Positions 49,968 through 63,253 are shown, numbered from the stretch's first letter. The stretch is DNA of 64,000 nucleotides from Tubulanus polymorphus (GCF_964204645.1 NC_134032.1:4674175-4738174); one strand, 5' to 3'. Program-made: numbers and translations. Notes: a model not told the origin generated them from the letters alone.

Positions 49968-51687
49968 ATATAATTTGATGTAGACCTCCCAGCGTGAATC
50001 AATCAAGAAAAAAATTTAACTAGTCGTCTTAGATCAAAACAAGAAAAAGGAAGATGCATTCTAACAACTGATTGCGATGTGAAGACTATTTAGGCTCATT
50101 ATTAGAACCTGTACTACAGCTATTTAACTTTCTAAAATTATTTGTCGCAGACCCTCAAATACAGTGTATATTAACAATCAAATTGCCTAAATATGTCTGG
50201 TTTCGTCGCTATAGTATACTATCTATTAAAAACAATTACATCAATATCATTTATGTAGACCTATCATTCTTAGCGTTAGAGGTTTGGACGAATATTCATC
50301 CCAAAGTCAATATTTCGAATATCAGACCTAGGTCCATTTTCCTTCGTTTGACAGTCGGAGGAATATTCCTCCCGAAGTCGATACTTTGAATATCAGAACT
50401 GAAGGTCAAATTCTCTTCGTTTGACCTTGGGAGGAATATTCCTCCCAAAGTCAATTGTTTGAATATCAGACCCCTTGGTCAAGTTTCCATCGATTGACTT
50501 TGGGAGGAATATTCCTCCCGCAGTCAATTTTCACAATAGCGGTCCTCTTAATTGGTGATGATCAAATGAACGTGCGGCTCATATTTCTATTGTGTGCCTA
50601 TCCGGTGTAACGCGCGACACGCTTACATAATCTTATCTGTAAATGTGAAGACCTCGGGGGCATTATGTTCTCTAAAGCCCGACATTATCCCACATTCGGG
50701 ACTGTGAATGGGTTGATTTTACGGCTGAGTCGACATGTTTCAACAATTTTTAACTGTTCTTTTATGAATATTTGAAGACTTATGAACTAAAAATTACTTA
50801 AATTTTTGATACATTTTGAGAAAGCCACTAAACATTTGAGACTGCGTTGTAATTCAACGAAGTTATCACCGTGAACATCGTATAGAAATAATCTACAATA
50901 TGTTTGGGAATCGGAAGAAAAGACGTGATCGTGTTTGGCAATGTGGTACAGAGCCGTCGGAACAGGGGCGGCACTTTTTTGCTTAACAAAAATCTTTTCA
51001 TGCCTATTTTCAAAAGCATGCTCTACCGCGTAGCAGCTCGTCATTCTCAGTACTATGTGGTGCGCTCGCGACTTCTCATGTTTCTGTGAATGAGACCGTG
51101 AAATGGCCCCAAAACGCATCTCCGGCGATTGAATTTTCAAAATTTTTCTGGGGGAGTAATGGTCCCCAGACCCCCTTTCAGAAATAAGCCTCGCCACTGA
51201 AAAATTCCTTCCGACGCCTCTACACACGCACACGCTCGCACGTGTATATGAATACGCAATATTGAGTTCGATTTAACCGATCGCTCACTCACTCGCTTAC
51301 ACACACTCGCATAAGAGTGAATTACGAAAATGTCTGGCGAATTTTTTACCGTTAAAAAAAAAAACCTTAAAAAACTACGTAGTGTCCGCAAAGGTTCGTC
51401 TTGCATCTCTGTTTTCGGATTTTGAATATATTTTTGGTCTAAAGTCAATTCCAGCTTCGCTTTCGATCTAATTCCTGATATCTAATTCGGTTAATGTCAA
51501 CAAATCAGATTGAGTGTAATCGTTTGAGTGGGCTTGACATCTATTCGGAAATACCATTGTATTTCCCGATTTATGCCCAGACTATCTGAAACACGTCACC
51601 CGGACCTTTTAGACTCCAAGATGAACCGATTATCGATAATTTCCGTAAACATCAGAAATTCAACAAACTATGCACGTTTTTGCAGGA

Positions 51688-54600
51688 ATGATTACTGAAA
51701 TGAAGCTGCAAGCTTTATGTATAGTTTTGTTATCAGTAGCAGCAGCAGCAACAGCAGCAGCGGCGGCAGCACAAGCATCAGGTAATAAGTCCCTTACGAT
51801 TCATCTGCATTGCGCTGACGTCCTTATTACATTATTTCTAAACCCATGCTTCCAATTTTAGTTCAAATTAAAAGGGTACTTACTATGTATTTTTCCTGTA
51901 AAAACCTAAAATTGTTTAAAAAAAGCATCGAACGATTGAACAAACTCGTTGCAGGGGTCGATCCAGAGGCCAATTTTGAATGACTTGTTTCCACCCGAAA
52001 ATAAACTCCAAAATCTTTTCAATTTATCTGGGTCAGCCCTTCTGCATTTGGCGATGTACGTATAGAAAAGGTTTGCAATTATGTTATTTGCAAATATTAT
52101 TACTATTTATGATATTTGAAAAACATGAACAAGTAAGACATAAACGAAACTGCAATATGGTAATTAACCATAGCGACTTCACCGCCCCCTACAGGTAAAA
52201 CTATGTGGACCCCAGAGTGGCAACAGGTATTTTTATAAACTATGCTGATCTGATCTATCGATTGATGTATGTTGCCAAAAATTTACAAAAAAATGCCGTA
52301 ATATCCAATTTTTGAACCTTCGGCAGGCCGACTATTATTTATATCTGTCATGTTCGCCGTACTGTTGTTATGTGTTGGCGCGGTTATTGGGTTTTTCCTT
52401 TTTTCTTTCCATAAATATATTGTATTGTTTGTTCATTATTATTCATTCATAATTGCAGCTATGATTTCCTATGTATTTATGTGCGTCAATCCAACTCATT
52501 TAATCTATTCACATTTATGCGAGTTTTAACATTACAGCAGCCATGCGAATAAGTAATTCCGTGTCCCGGTGAGTGTTTCATTGCATTGGTCGCCGACTTA
52601 TGAAATTAGTGAATTCAGTTACTGAAACGTTGGTTAACCGGTGGATAAATACCGTAGAAACAATGAACTTAATTGTCACTATGTCAGCTATCCACTGGTT
52701 AACCCTGAACAATCTTTTAGGCCTTTTTTAATTGCTTGGTTTACGGGAACCGCCTCCGAAATTTGAAGAAAAGTCAAATGAAAATAATATATTTTTCTTA
52801 TTCCTGTGCGTGGGACAAGTTCAGTGAAAAATTGAGCAAAAAAAGTTTTTTTCACCTCCGCCGAACAAGAATCCTGGCTGGAATGATAAAAACATTGAAA
52901 AATGCGAGGTTCTTTTTTGATCACACTGTGCAGAATACGAACTTCCCATGATTTGTTTGGACGTATGTACAATGCCCTATCGATAGTTCCCTCTTCCTTC
53001 AGAAAGTGATTTCATTTTATTTTTCTTTAAATTCCATTTCCTCCTCCGAAATGATAATTGAATAGGTCTACCGCCTAAACTGATCAATTAAAATAGGCCC
53101 CAGGAACTGACTCCAGGGAATCCGAATTGGTTATTGCTTATTTCACCCAGAGTGTGTAACCTGCACTGAAAAGATTGGCCCTAGCTAGTTTGTCTTCATA
53201 TTGATACAGACTATGTATTTGTGTGTGTGTCAATCAGACTTATCTTAATTCAGATATTCAGATAATAATTCAGAATTCGGATAAGGCCGAATCATCCTTT
53301 GCAGTCGCTACTCTTTACCGTAAAAACCAGCTTAGATTATTTGGCCAGCTGAGATTTTAGCCAGCCCCGATTATATCACTTGTTGACCTCGAGTTTACTG
53401 AGTACGGGAGCTTCAATCACAGTCGCAAGAAAAATTGACGACGAAGTAGAACTTTCATTAGGATGAGGTTAGAAGCGGGTGAGGTCATGGTTTAGGAATG
53501 GTATAAATGTACAAATTAGTATATAAATCTAAGGTTTTGGTTCAGGGAGAAAAGAGAACAGGAGGGAGCTAATAATTTAACAATATGAAGAAGAATAACA
53601 GCAACAGTGTGATCATATAAGCAAAACGTGTTAGCACTTTATATCTGCCTGATCGAGGAAAGAGGAAGATCCAGCGGTACGAGATTAATTAGAACAACAA
53701 TAGAGGAGAGTCAGAGGACACAACACTGGTGGAGAACTTCGTGACACAACAAGTGGAGGGGAATCTAGTGGAATAATTAGTGGTACAGATTGTTAAGTGA
53801 CATATCAGTGGTTGAGATTGTAGTCTGAAAACCGGCATATATATGAGTACGAATGAAGTAGAACTTTAGAAGAAGTAGAATTTTTAAGATACGTAGTAGG
53901 TAAGCCTTCAAATAGACTGCTAGATGGCCGATATGTTTTATGAGATGAGGGGGGAAGAATTTCGTATGGAGGAATGGAATGAGGGAAATTACAATGTATC
54001 AGTTTCTTGATCATATTTCAAAAGTTATCTTAATGTTGGCTATATAAAAGGTCTTTCGGAGAAATAGTGAGCGAGTTTCTCGGAACGGAACTTTACAAAA
54101 TACGTGTATCGTTCGTCGTGGTAGTCGTCGTTGTTGTCAATGAAGATCGAAATAATCATTATCTTTATTTCCAGCTCAAAACTTTTGTGACTCGACCAAC
54201 GACTGCGGAGTGGGAGTCGATTGCGTCGATACAGAGTTTTCTTATTATTGTAAATGTCGGGATGGTTTTGTGCTCAGCGCCGATCGAAAACTGTGCAAAG
54301 GTAAGCAGGCATGCAATCTCTTATTACCGACTGCCCCCGTGTGCCATTAGCTATCAATCCAGGGGGGCGTATTAGACGATTGTTTTTTCCAGTAATTTTT
54401 TTGTTTGTTTATTTCTAACAAGGATTTAGGCATTTATTTGTTTGATTGGTAGATTTCGTTTGGTTTGCCTTGATTTGGTCTCCCTCACAAACCCATCACT
54501 CACACCTGCATTTTCATTCAAACAATCTTCCAACCAGCCCGAATCGACAAGTGACACATCGGGGTCAATTTTGTTGGCTGCCTGATTTAATACATCGAGA

Positions 54601-55312
54601 TCTTGGTAATAACGGTTCTACAAGGTTGAAGATCATAACATTTTAGCCACCATTTTCCACCGATTATAGTTCGTTTTGACGCGATTGAAAAAACAAATTT
54701 TGAAACGCAAATAATCTATCTACACATGTCGATTATGCCATACGATTGCTTAAACATTTCCGTGAAAGTTCCTACCTTTTGTAGTTATGAACAACCTAAT
54801 AATTACCAGATGAAATTAGCAGCGATGAGGGGCAAGATTCTAAAATTTTCAAATATTTCACATTACCATTTTCCACTTTTCCACATTTCTTAAAACAAAA
54901 AAAAACAGGTTTTTTCACAATTTTTTCTATTCATACGAAAAACATATTTTTTCACATTTTTTTAACACAACCAGTCAATGGTGACATACTTATAGATGTC
55001 TTCTTTTTCTACGTGATTTTATGCAAGAGGGAAGTTTCCAGTTACCAGGCGCCATTTTTTGTCCCGCATAGTTGGGGGGATTTTAAAAGTTTTACAGTAA
55101 AACCTTTAGCGCGATGTGTTTTAACAATATGTATGTTTCTTAGCCGTTCTATAGTTCTTTTTCCATTTACACAGAATTGAATTGCGTTTGCGATAGCGGT
55201 TGGACGCGAGCCTCGCCAGGCAAATGCTTCAAATACACTGCGTCGGGCCGGGATGATATTCGCTCACAATTGGCCAAGATCGACAACGCAAACGAAAACG
55301 AGGTGGTCGGAA
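51688..55312 (+). pseudogene. Host secreted-protein gene remnant: signal peptide, EGF-like, C-type lectin-like exons
   Basis: Exon ~51688-51781 MKLQALCIVLLSVAAA; phase 1-1 exon 54175-54300 QNFCDSTNDCGVGVDCVDTEFSYYCKCRDGFVLSADRKLCK (EGF); exon 55175-55312 CDSGW....GKCFKY...SQLAKID...EN (start of a CTL domain, internally shortened). Cut off by Polinton DNA at 55344. Confidence 0.7.
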
Positions 55313-55343
55313 GTAAGTATGTCAAAAAATCTTTTTTTAATCT

Positions 55344-56515
55344 CGTTTTTATTCATTCGATAAAAAAGTTAGAGATCATGATCATTTAAATTCAAAATAT
55401 CGTGGAGCTGCTGATGAAGATTGTAATTTACAAGCTAAAAAAGTAAATTTCGATCCAATATTATTTCATAATTTATCAGGCTATGATACCCATCTATTTA
55501 TAAAACAATTATCAAGGAAATTGGGCACAATTAATCAAGAAATAGAAGAATATAATGCTATGAATGGTGTAAATGTAAGAAAATATGATTTTAAACTATT
55601 AGCTAAAACATCCGAAAATTATATTTCATTTCAATTTGGTTGCATTGGATTTTTAGATTCTTATAGATTTCTAGCAAGTTCATTAGATAATTTATCAAAA
55701 AGTTTAGTTGATAATGATTTTATAATAACTCGATATTATTACCCAAATGAACAAGATTTTAAATTATTGAGATATAAAGGTGCAATTCCTTATGATTTTA
55801 TAAAACACGCAATGATTTTAATGTAACAGAATTATTTAAAGATCAATTTTATGATCAATTTAAAGAGGAGTATGAGAAAGATGAAGTGTTTGATAGAACA
55901 TTAAATATTTGGAACCATTTTAAGATGAAAAGTCATGGTGAATTAGTTGATTTATAATTAAAATCAGATGTTATGATATTGGCTGACATATTTGAAAAAT
56001 TTAGAGAAGTTAATTTGAATCATTTCAATTTTGATCCTTGTTATTGCTACTCTAGTCCTGGTTTAACCTGGCAATGTGGTTTAAAATACAGAAATGTAGA
56101 ATTAGATTTATTAAAAGAACCAGACATGGTTTTATTATTTGAAAAATCAATTAGAGGTGGAATTAGTGGTGTTATGGGAGATAGGTATTTTAAAGCAAAT
56201 GATGAATATAAATTATTATATATTGACGCCAATAATTTATATGGTTGGGCAATGATGCAACCTCAACCATATAAAAATTTTATATTAACAGAAGTTGAAA
56301 ATGGTGATAAAACTGATTGGGAAAGCGCAATTGCGAGTTTAAAAGATGAAGCACCAATTGGTTATTTCTTTGTAGCTGATTTAGAATATCCTGAAAATAT
56401 AAAGTTTAAAACAAGAAACTTACCTTATTGCCCAGAACATTTAACTGTAGATGATAGTTATTTAAGTGAATACCAGAAGAAAAATAAAACCGAAAGATCC
56501 TGTTTTTACAGAAAA
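55344..56515 (+). pseudogene. polB: Duplicated pPolB fragment (EndoVII insert to motif A region)
   Basis: Copy of 58671-59842. Confidence 0.92.
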
Positions 56516-57501
56516 CTAGTTTGTCTTCATATTGATACAGACTATGTATTTGTGTGTGTGTCAATCAGACTTATCTTAATTCAGATATTCAGATAATAAT
56601 TCAGAATTCGGATAAGGCCGAATCATCCTTTGCAGTCGCTACTCTTTACCGTAAAAACCAGCTTAGATTATTTGGCCAGCTGAGATTTCAGCCCCGATTA
56701 TATCACTTGTTGACCTCGAGTTTACTGAGTACGGGAGCTTCAATCACAGTCGCAAGAAAAATTGACGACGAAGTAGAACTTTCATTAGGATGAGGTTAGA
56801 AGCGGGTGAGGTCATGGTTTAGGAATGGTATAAATGTACAAATTAGTATATAAATCTAAGGTTTTGGTTCAGGGAGAAAAGAGAACAGGAGGGAGCTAAT
56901 AATTTAACAATATGAAGAAGAATAACAGCAACAGTGTGATCATATAAGCAAAACGTGTTAGCACTTTATATCTGCCTGATCGAGGAAAGAGGAAGATCCA
57001 GCGGTACGAGATTAATTAGAACAACAATAGAGGAGAGTCAGAGGACACAACACTGGTGGAGAACTTCGTGACACGACAAGTGGAGGGGAATCTAGTGGAA
57101 TAATTAGTGGTACAGATTGTTAAGTGACATATCAGTGGTTGAGATTGTAGTCTGAAAACCGGCATATATATGAGTACGAATGAAGTAGAACTTTAGAAGA
57201 AGTAGAATTTTTAAGATACGTAGTAGGTACGCCTTCAAATAGACTGCTAGATGGCCGATATGTTTTATGAGATGAGGGGGGAAGAATTTCGTATGGAGGA
57301 ATGGAATGAGGGAAATTACAATGTATCAGTTTCTTGATCATATTTCAAAAGTTATCTTAATGTTGGCTATATAAAAGGTCTTTCGGAGAAATAGTGAGCG
57401 AGTTTCTCGGAACGGAACTTTACAAAAGACGTGTATCGTTCGTCGTCGTAGTCGTCGTTGTTGTCAATGAAGATCGAAATAATCATTATCTTTATTTCCA
57501 G

Positions 57502-58639
57502 CTCAAAACTTTTGTGACTCGACCAACGACTGCGGAGTGGGAGTCGATTGCGTCGATACAGAGTTTTCTTATTATTGTAAATGTCGGGATGGTTTTGTGC
57601 TCAGCGCCGATCGAAAACTGTGCAAAGGTAAGCAGGCATGCAATCTCTTATTACCGACTGCCCCCGTGTGCCATTAGCTATCAATCCAGGGGGGCGTATT
57701 AGACGATTGTTTTTTCCAGTAATTTTTTTGTTTGTTTATTTCTAACAAGGATTTAGGCATTTATTTGTTTGATTGGTAGATTTCGTTTGGTTTGCCTTGA
57801 TTTGGTCTCCCTCACAAACCCATCACTCACACCTGCATTTTCATTCAAACAATCTTCCAACCAGCCCGAATCGACAAGTGACACATCGGGGTCAATTTTG
57901 TTGGCTGCCTGATTTAATACATCGAGATCTTGGTAATAACGGTTCTACAAGGTTGAAGATCATAACATTTTAGCCACCATTTTCCACCGATTATAGTTCG
58001 TTTTGACGCGATTGAAAAAACAAATTTTGAAACGCAAATAATCTATCTACACATGTCGATTATGCCATACGATTGCTTAAACATTTCCGTGAAAGTTCCT
58101 ACCTTTTGTAGTTATGAACAACCTAATAATTACCAGATGAAATTAGCAGCGATGAGGGGCAAGATTCTAAAATTTTCAAATATTTCACATTACCATTTTC
58201 CACTTTTCCACATTTCTTAAAACAAAAAAAAACAGGTTTTTTCACAATTTTTTCTATTCATACGAAAAACATATTTTTTCACATTTTTTTAACACAACCA
58301 GTCAATGGTGACATACTTATAGATGTCTTCTTTTTCTACGTGATTTTATGCAAGAGGGAAGTTTCCAGTTACCAGGCGCCATTTTTTGTCCCGCATAGTT
58401 GGGGGGATTTTAAAAGTTTTACAGTAAAACCTTTAGCGCGATGTGTTTTAAAAATATGTATGTTTCTTAGCCGTTCTATAGTTCTTTTTCCATTTACACA
58501 GAATTGAATTGCGTTTGCGATAGCGGTTGGACGCGAGCCTCGCCAGGCAAATGCTTCAAATACACTGCGTCGGGCCGGGATGATATTCGCTCACAATTGG
58601 CCAAGATCGACAACGCAAACGAAAACGAGGTGGTCGGAA
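57502..58639 (+). pseudogene. Duplicated EGF (57502-57627) and CTL-like (58502-58639) exons
   Basis: Second-unit copies of 54175-54300 and 55175-55312. Confidence 0.7.
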
Positions 58640-58670
58640 GTAAGTATGTCAAAAAATCTTTTTTTAATCT

Positions 58671-61600
58671 CGTTTTTATTCATTCGATAAAAAAGTTAGA
58701 GATCATGATCATTTAAATTCAAAATATCGTGGAGCTGCTGATGAAGATTGTAATTTACAAGCTAAAAAAGTAAATTTCGATCCAATATTATTTCATAATT
58801 TATCAGGCTATGATACCCATCTATTTATAAAACAATTATCAAGGAAATTGGGCACAATTAATCAAGAAATAGAAGAATATAATGCTATGAATGGTGTAAA
58901 TGTAAGAAAATATGATTTTAAACTATTAGCTAAAACATCCGAAAATTATATTTCATTTCAATTTGGTTGCATTGGATTTTTAGATTCTTATAGATTTCTA
59001 GCAAGTTCATTAGATAATTTATCAAAAAGTTTAGTTGATAATGATTTTATAATAACTCGATATTATTACCCAAATGAACAAGATTTTAAATTATTGAGAT
59101 ATAAAGGTGCAATTCCTTATGATTTTATAAAACACGCAATGATTTTAATGTAACAGAATTATTTAAAGATCAATTTTATGATCAATTAAAAGAGGAGTAT
59201 GAGAAAGATGAAGTGTTTGATAGAACATTAAATATTTGGAACCATTTTAAGATGAAAAGTCATGGTGAATTAGTTGATTTATAATTAAAATCAGATGTTA
59301 TGATATTGGCTGACATATTTGAAAAATTTAGAGAAGTTAATTTGAATCATTTTAATTTTGATCCTTGTTATTGCTACTCTAGTCCTGGTTTAACCTGGCA
59401 ATGTGGTTTAAAATACAGAAATGTAGAATTAGATTTATTAAAAGAACCAGACATGGTTTTATTATTTGAAAAATCAATTAGAGGTGGAATTAGTGGTGTT
59501 ATGGGAGATAGGTATTTTAAAGCAAATGATGAATATAAATTATTATATATTGACGCCAATAATTTATATGGTTGGGCAATGATGCAACCTCAACCATATA
59601 AAAATTTTATATTAACAGAAGTTGAAAATGGTGATAAAACTGATTGGGAAAGCGCAATTGCGAGTTTAAAAGATGAAGCACCAATTGGTTATTTCTTTGT
59701 AGCTGATTTAGAATATCCTGAAAATATAAAGTTTAAAACAAGAAACTTACCTTATTGCCCAGAACATTTAACTGTAGATGATAGTTATTTAAGTGAATAC
59801 CAGAAGAAAAATAAAACCGAAAGATCCTGTTTTTACAGAAAAATTAATACTTACTCAATATAATAAATACAATTATATCGTTCATTATAGAATGTTAAAA
59901 ATTTATCTAAAACAAGGAATGAAATTAAAGAAAGGACATAGATATATTGAATTTAATCAATCGAAGTGGTTGGAAAAATATATAGATTTCAATACTCAAC
60001 AGAGAACCATATCAAAAACAGATTTTGAAAAAGATTTCTTCAAATTAATGAATAATAGTTTTTATGGTAAAACATGTGAAAATATTAGAAATAGAAATGA
60101 TATTGAATTAGTAAATAATTCTGAAAGATTAAGACATTTACAATCAAGTCCTAGACATTTAGGAAATAAAAGATTTGAAGATTATTTAACAGCACTTTAA
60201 TTAAAAAGAACGTCAATGAAATTTAATAAACCTATATTCATTGGTTCAACTGTTTTAGAAGTATCAAAATTATTAATGTATGATTTTTATTATAATGTTT
60301 TACAACCACTTTTTGGGGAAAAGCATATCGAAATATTATATTTTGATTCTGTAACAGCTGACACCCCAATATTATTAAAATGTAATGATAAAATATTGAT
60401 AAGAAGAATTTCAGAAATAATTCCAAAACAAAATGAATGTTATATTTCATATGGTGAAAAAGATTTAATACAAATAAATGGTTTAATGGATGTTTGGACA
60501 AGAAATGGATGGAAAAAATTAAAGAATATTATTAGGCATAAAACAAATAAGAAAAGCTGTAGAGTTAGAACTAAATTAGGGTTTGTAGATGTTACAGACG
60601 ACCATAGTTTAATTAAACGAAATGGCTATGAAATAAAACCAACTGATATAAAAATTGGAGATGAATTATTACATAAAAGATTTTTCCAAAGAATGAATCA
60701 TATGTCATTTGATAAAATTATTGATAATATTTATAATATAGAACCTGAAACATTAGAAGAAAAAGAATATTTTATCAAAGGATTTTTCATGGGTGATGGT
60801 TCAGCAGGTGTGTATAATTATGTTTGGGGTAATAAATATTGTTGGTATTTATGCAATCAAGATTTAAAATTATTAGAAAGAATTAAGAAATTCTGTGAAG
60901 AAGTTTATTCTCATAAAACTTTTAAAATCATAGATGTTATAAAATCATCAGAAGTTTATAGAATACTTGTAAATAATCCTAAAGATTGAGCTATAAAATA
61001 TAATGATGAATTCTATATTCATGCAATAGTGAAAATTAATACTTCAACAAAAGAAAAGATAGTTCCAGATTATGTATTAAATGCAAAAAATAATTTCAAG
61101 AAAGTGGTTCTTCATTGGATTCTATGCCGCAGATGGCACTAAAAAATCTACATAGGATAAACAGATAACCTTTGCACAGAAAGGTTGCTATTTTAGGATT
61201 AAATATATTATGCAGTTCATTAGGATTTAATATGAATATAGAATCAATTAAATCTAAACCAAATTGTTTTAATTTAAGGCATGTAGAAAAAGAATTAACA
61301 GAAGAAGTTAAAGATTTATTTGAAACATATAACCCATCAGATTATGTTTATAATTTATCAACTGAAGATGGTACATTTAACTGTGGATTTCCATTAATTG
61401 CAAAAAATACTGACAGTTACATACTAAAAATCAAGACAAATGACATAACAAAAGACTTAAAAACATTAAAACATCATTTTGATTTTAGCAATTATCCCAA
61501 AGATCATGAACTATTTAGCAATGACAATAAAAAGATTCCTGGTAAGTTTAAAGATGAATTAGGGGGTGATGAAATGATTGAATTTGTTGGGATAAGAAGT

Positions 61601-61862
61601 AAAATGTATTACAGAACATAAGATCATGAAGCTAAAAAGTTAAAAGGAATAACAAAACATGTGGTTGATAAACATATAGAATTTCAAGATTATATAAAGT
61701 GTTTATATAACTCAATTGTAATGAAACATAAAATGAATTGTTTAAGATCAGAAAATCACGAGATGTACATTAATGAAGTTGAAAAAAACTAGTCTGAATC
61801 CATTTGATGATAAAAGGCATATTTTAGATGATGGTATAAAAACATTACCTTATGGCCATTAA
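58671..61862 (+). pseudogene. polB: Intein-containing pPolB, copy B, disrupted
   Basis: RDHDHL, FHNLSGYD, YIDANNLYG, KLMNNSFYGKT, YFD|intein|TDSYI, PGKFKDE, IRSKMY, FDDKR, TLPYGH*. Stops and frameshifts. Confidence 0.95.
60348..61408 (+). other. Full-length (~353 aa) LAGLIDADG intein, both splice junctions present
   Basis: YFD|SVTADTP ... DVTDDHSL ... GFFMGDGS ... GFYAADGT ... YVYNLSTEDGTFNCGFPLIAKN|TDS. Excision restores the YFDTDS catalytic motif. Internal TGA at 60987 and two small indels. Confidence 0.95.
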
Positions 61863-63184
61863 AACAGAAAATCAATATCACCATACTCGAAATCACTATT
61901 GGCTTCTTCATTTTCATTTAATTGTTCTTGTATAATTTGTTTAGGATCTTCCATTTCATTTTTCTCATTTAAATAACGTGTTATATTGTGCCACATTTCA
62001 TCTCGCTCTCTTTGTTTCTTTTTGTTTGTTAATTCATCAAATGGAATTATAATATCTAGGTTTAAATAATTTACAATCTTATTTAAAAAGAATTCATAAT
62101 TAATTGAATCTGTTATTCTATTTTCCAAATGATACATTAATATTTGTTTGAATGTTTTTTTAATATCTTCCATATCTTCTTCTTTTAATTTAGGTTTTTC
62201 ATATTAATAGTTAAATAATAAATATAAATACATTTTCTTTTGTTTTGTGTTAAATGTTGATGGAATAATTCTTTTTGTAATATCTTTTTTAGTTATTTCA
62301 CCATTTTTATTTTCTATTATTTTCATTTTTCAAGCCATTGCATATATTCTGGTGTATGATCTTCTATAGAAAATATTTTAAAAATTTCATCTAGATAATT
62401 TAATTTTGGTTCTATGAGAAAATCTCTAGTTTTTTCTTCACCCCATAAATTCCTTTGCCATCCACAATCAACACAAAATATCTCAGTACCCTCTTCTCTT
62501 AAGGTCGCATAATAACATTGTGGGCATTTTTGTTTATAATTTCTTGGTAATAGATCTTCATTAAGCTCTTGGTATTTACTTACGTTTTCTTTATGTTTTA
62601 TTGTTCTATTATGTAGATTTGAATTACTTGCTGTAATAATCAATTTACAATATTTACAATAATATGTTTTTCTTGTTAATTCATTATATTGTTTTTCTAA
62701 CTTTTCAACTGTTTCTTCATTATCTGGTAACGTTTTCTCATATTTTATTTTTTCTAATAAACTTTTTTTTCATTCATTGAATTCAGTTTCAAATTTATTA
62801 GAAATTTTATCTATATGTATTTTACGAAATTGATGATTCTCCCAAGCTTCTATATTTTCAGGACTAAATTTCATTCGACAAGGCTCGCAGAAATGATCTT
62901 TCATATTATCCTTGTCATAGAATATGAAAGGTCTTTTCCAAATAATTTCAGGTTCAACTTCAGAATTACTATTACTTTCATTACTATCAACATTAGCCGT
63001 TGCGCCATTAATTTTACACTTCTCTGAATGTTTTTTAACATAATTTCTTGAGAATAATTTATTACATTTTGGGCAGTTTATTTTAGGGGGTTTTATAATT
63101 TTCATCGTGTTTTTTCATATGTCGAGCCATATTACTTTTTCTTAGAAGTTCACCACAAATTTCGCATGGTATCTTCTCATCCAT
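61859..63184 (-). pseudogene. Three small Polinton genes (zinc-finger-like), copy B
   Basis: ORFs 61859..62173, 62323..62643 and 62770..63105, orthologous to 7855-10119. Confidence 0.7.
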
Positions 63185-63253
63185 TTATTAAGGAAAAAGT
63201 TTATTAAAATTAATTTTTAGTGATGAGCGGTAATTTTTTTATGTTATAAATAA

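Larger units (their letters stand above)
43334..50849. mobile_element. Large element bounded by ~900-bp terminal inverted repeats with TA flanks
   Basis: 43334-44231 is the reverse complement of 49968-50849 with few mismatches. TA on both sides. No intact transposase inside. Confidence 0.8.
53185..59842. repeat. Tandem duplication, two ~3.33-kb units (53185-56515 and 56516-59842)
   Basis: Identical ORFs offset by 3327 bp. About 8 substitutions and one 4-bp indel seen. Junction ...TACAGAAAA|CTAGTTTGTC at 56515/56516. Confidence 0.95.

Noticed and set aside
53155-54097. Solo LTR (TGTAAC...TTTACA, TATA-like motif)
   Set aside because: No matching TSD, PBS or independent second copy; left uncalled.
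60348-61408. Group I intron or Hedgehog/BIL-type Hint domain instead of an intein
   Set aside because: The insert is in frame at both ends, has Ser1, terminal Asn and +1 Thr, carries LAGLIDADG motifs between the splicing blocks, and sits at a conserved catalytic motif.
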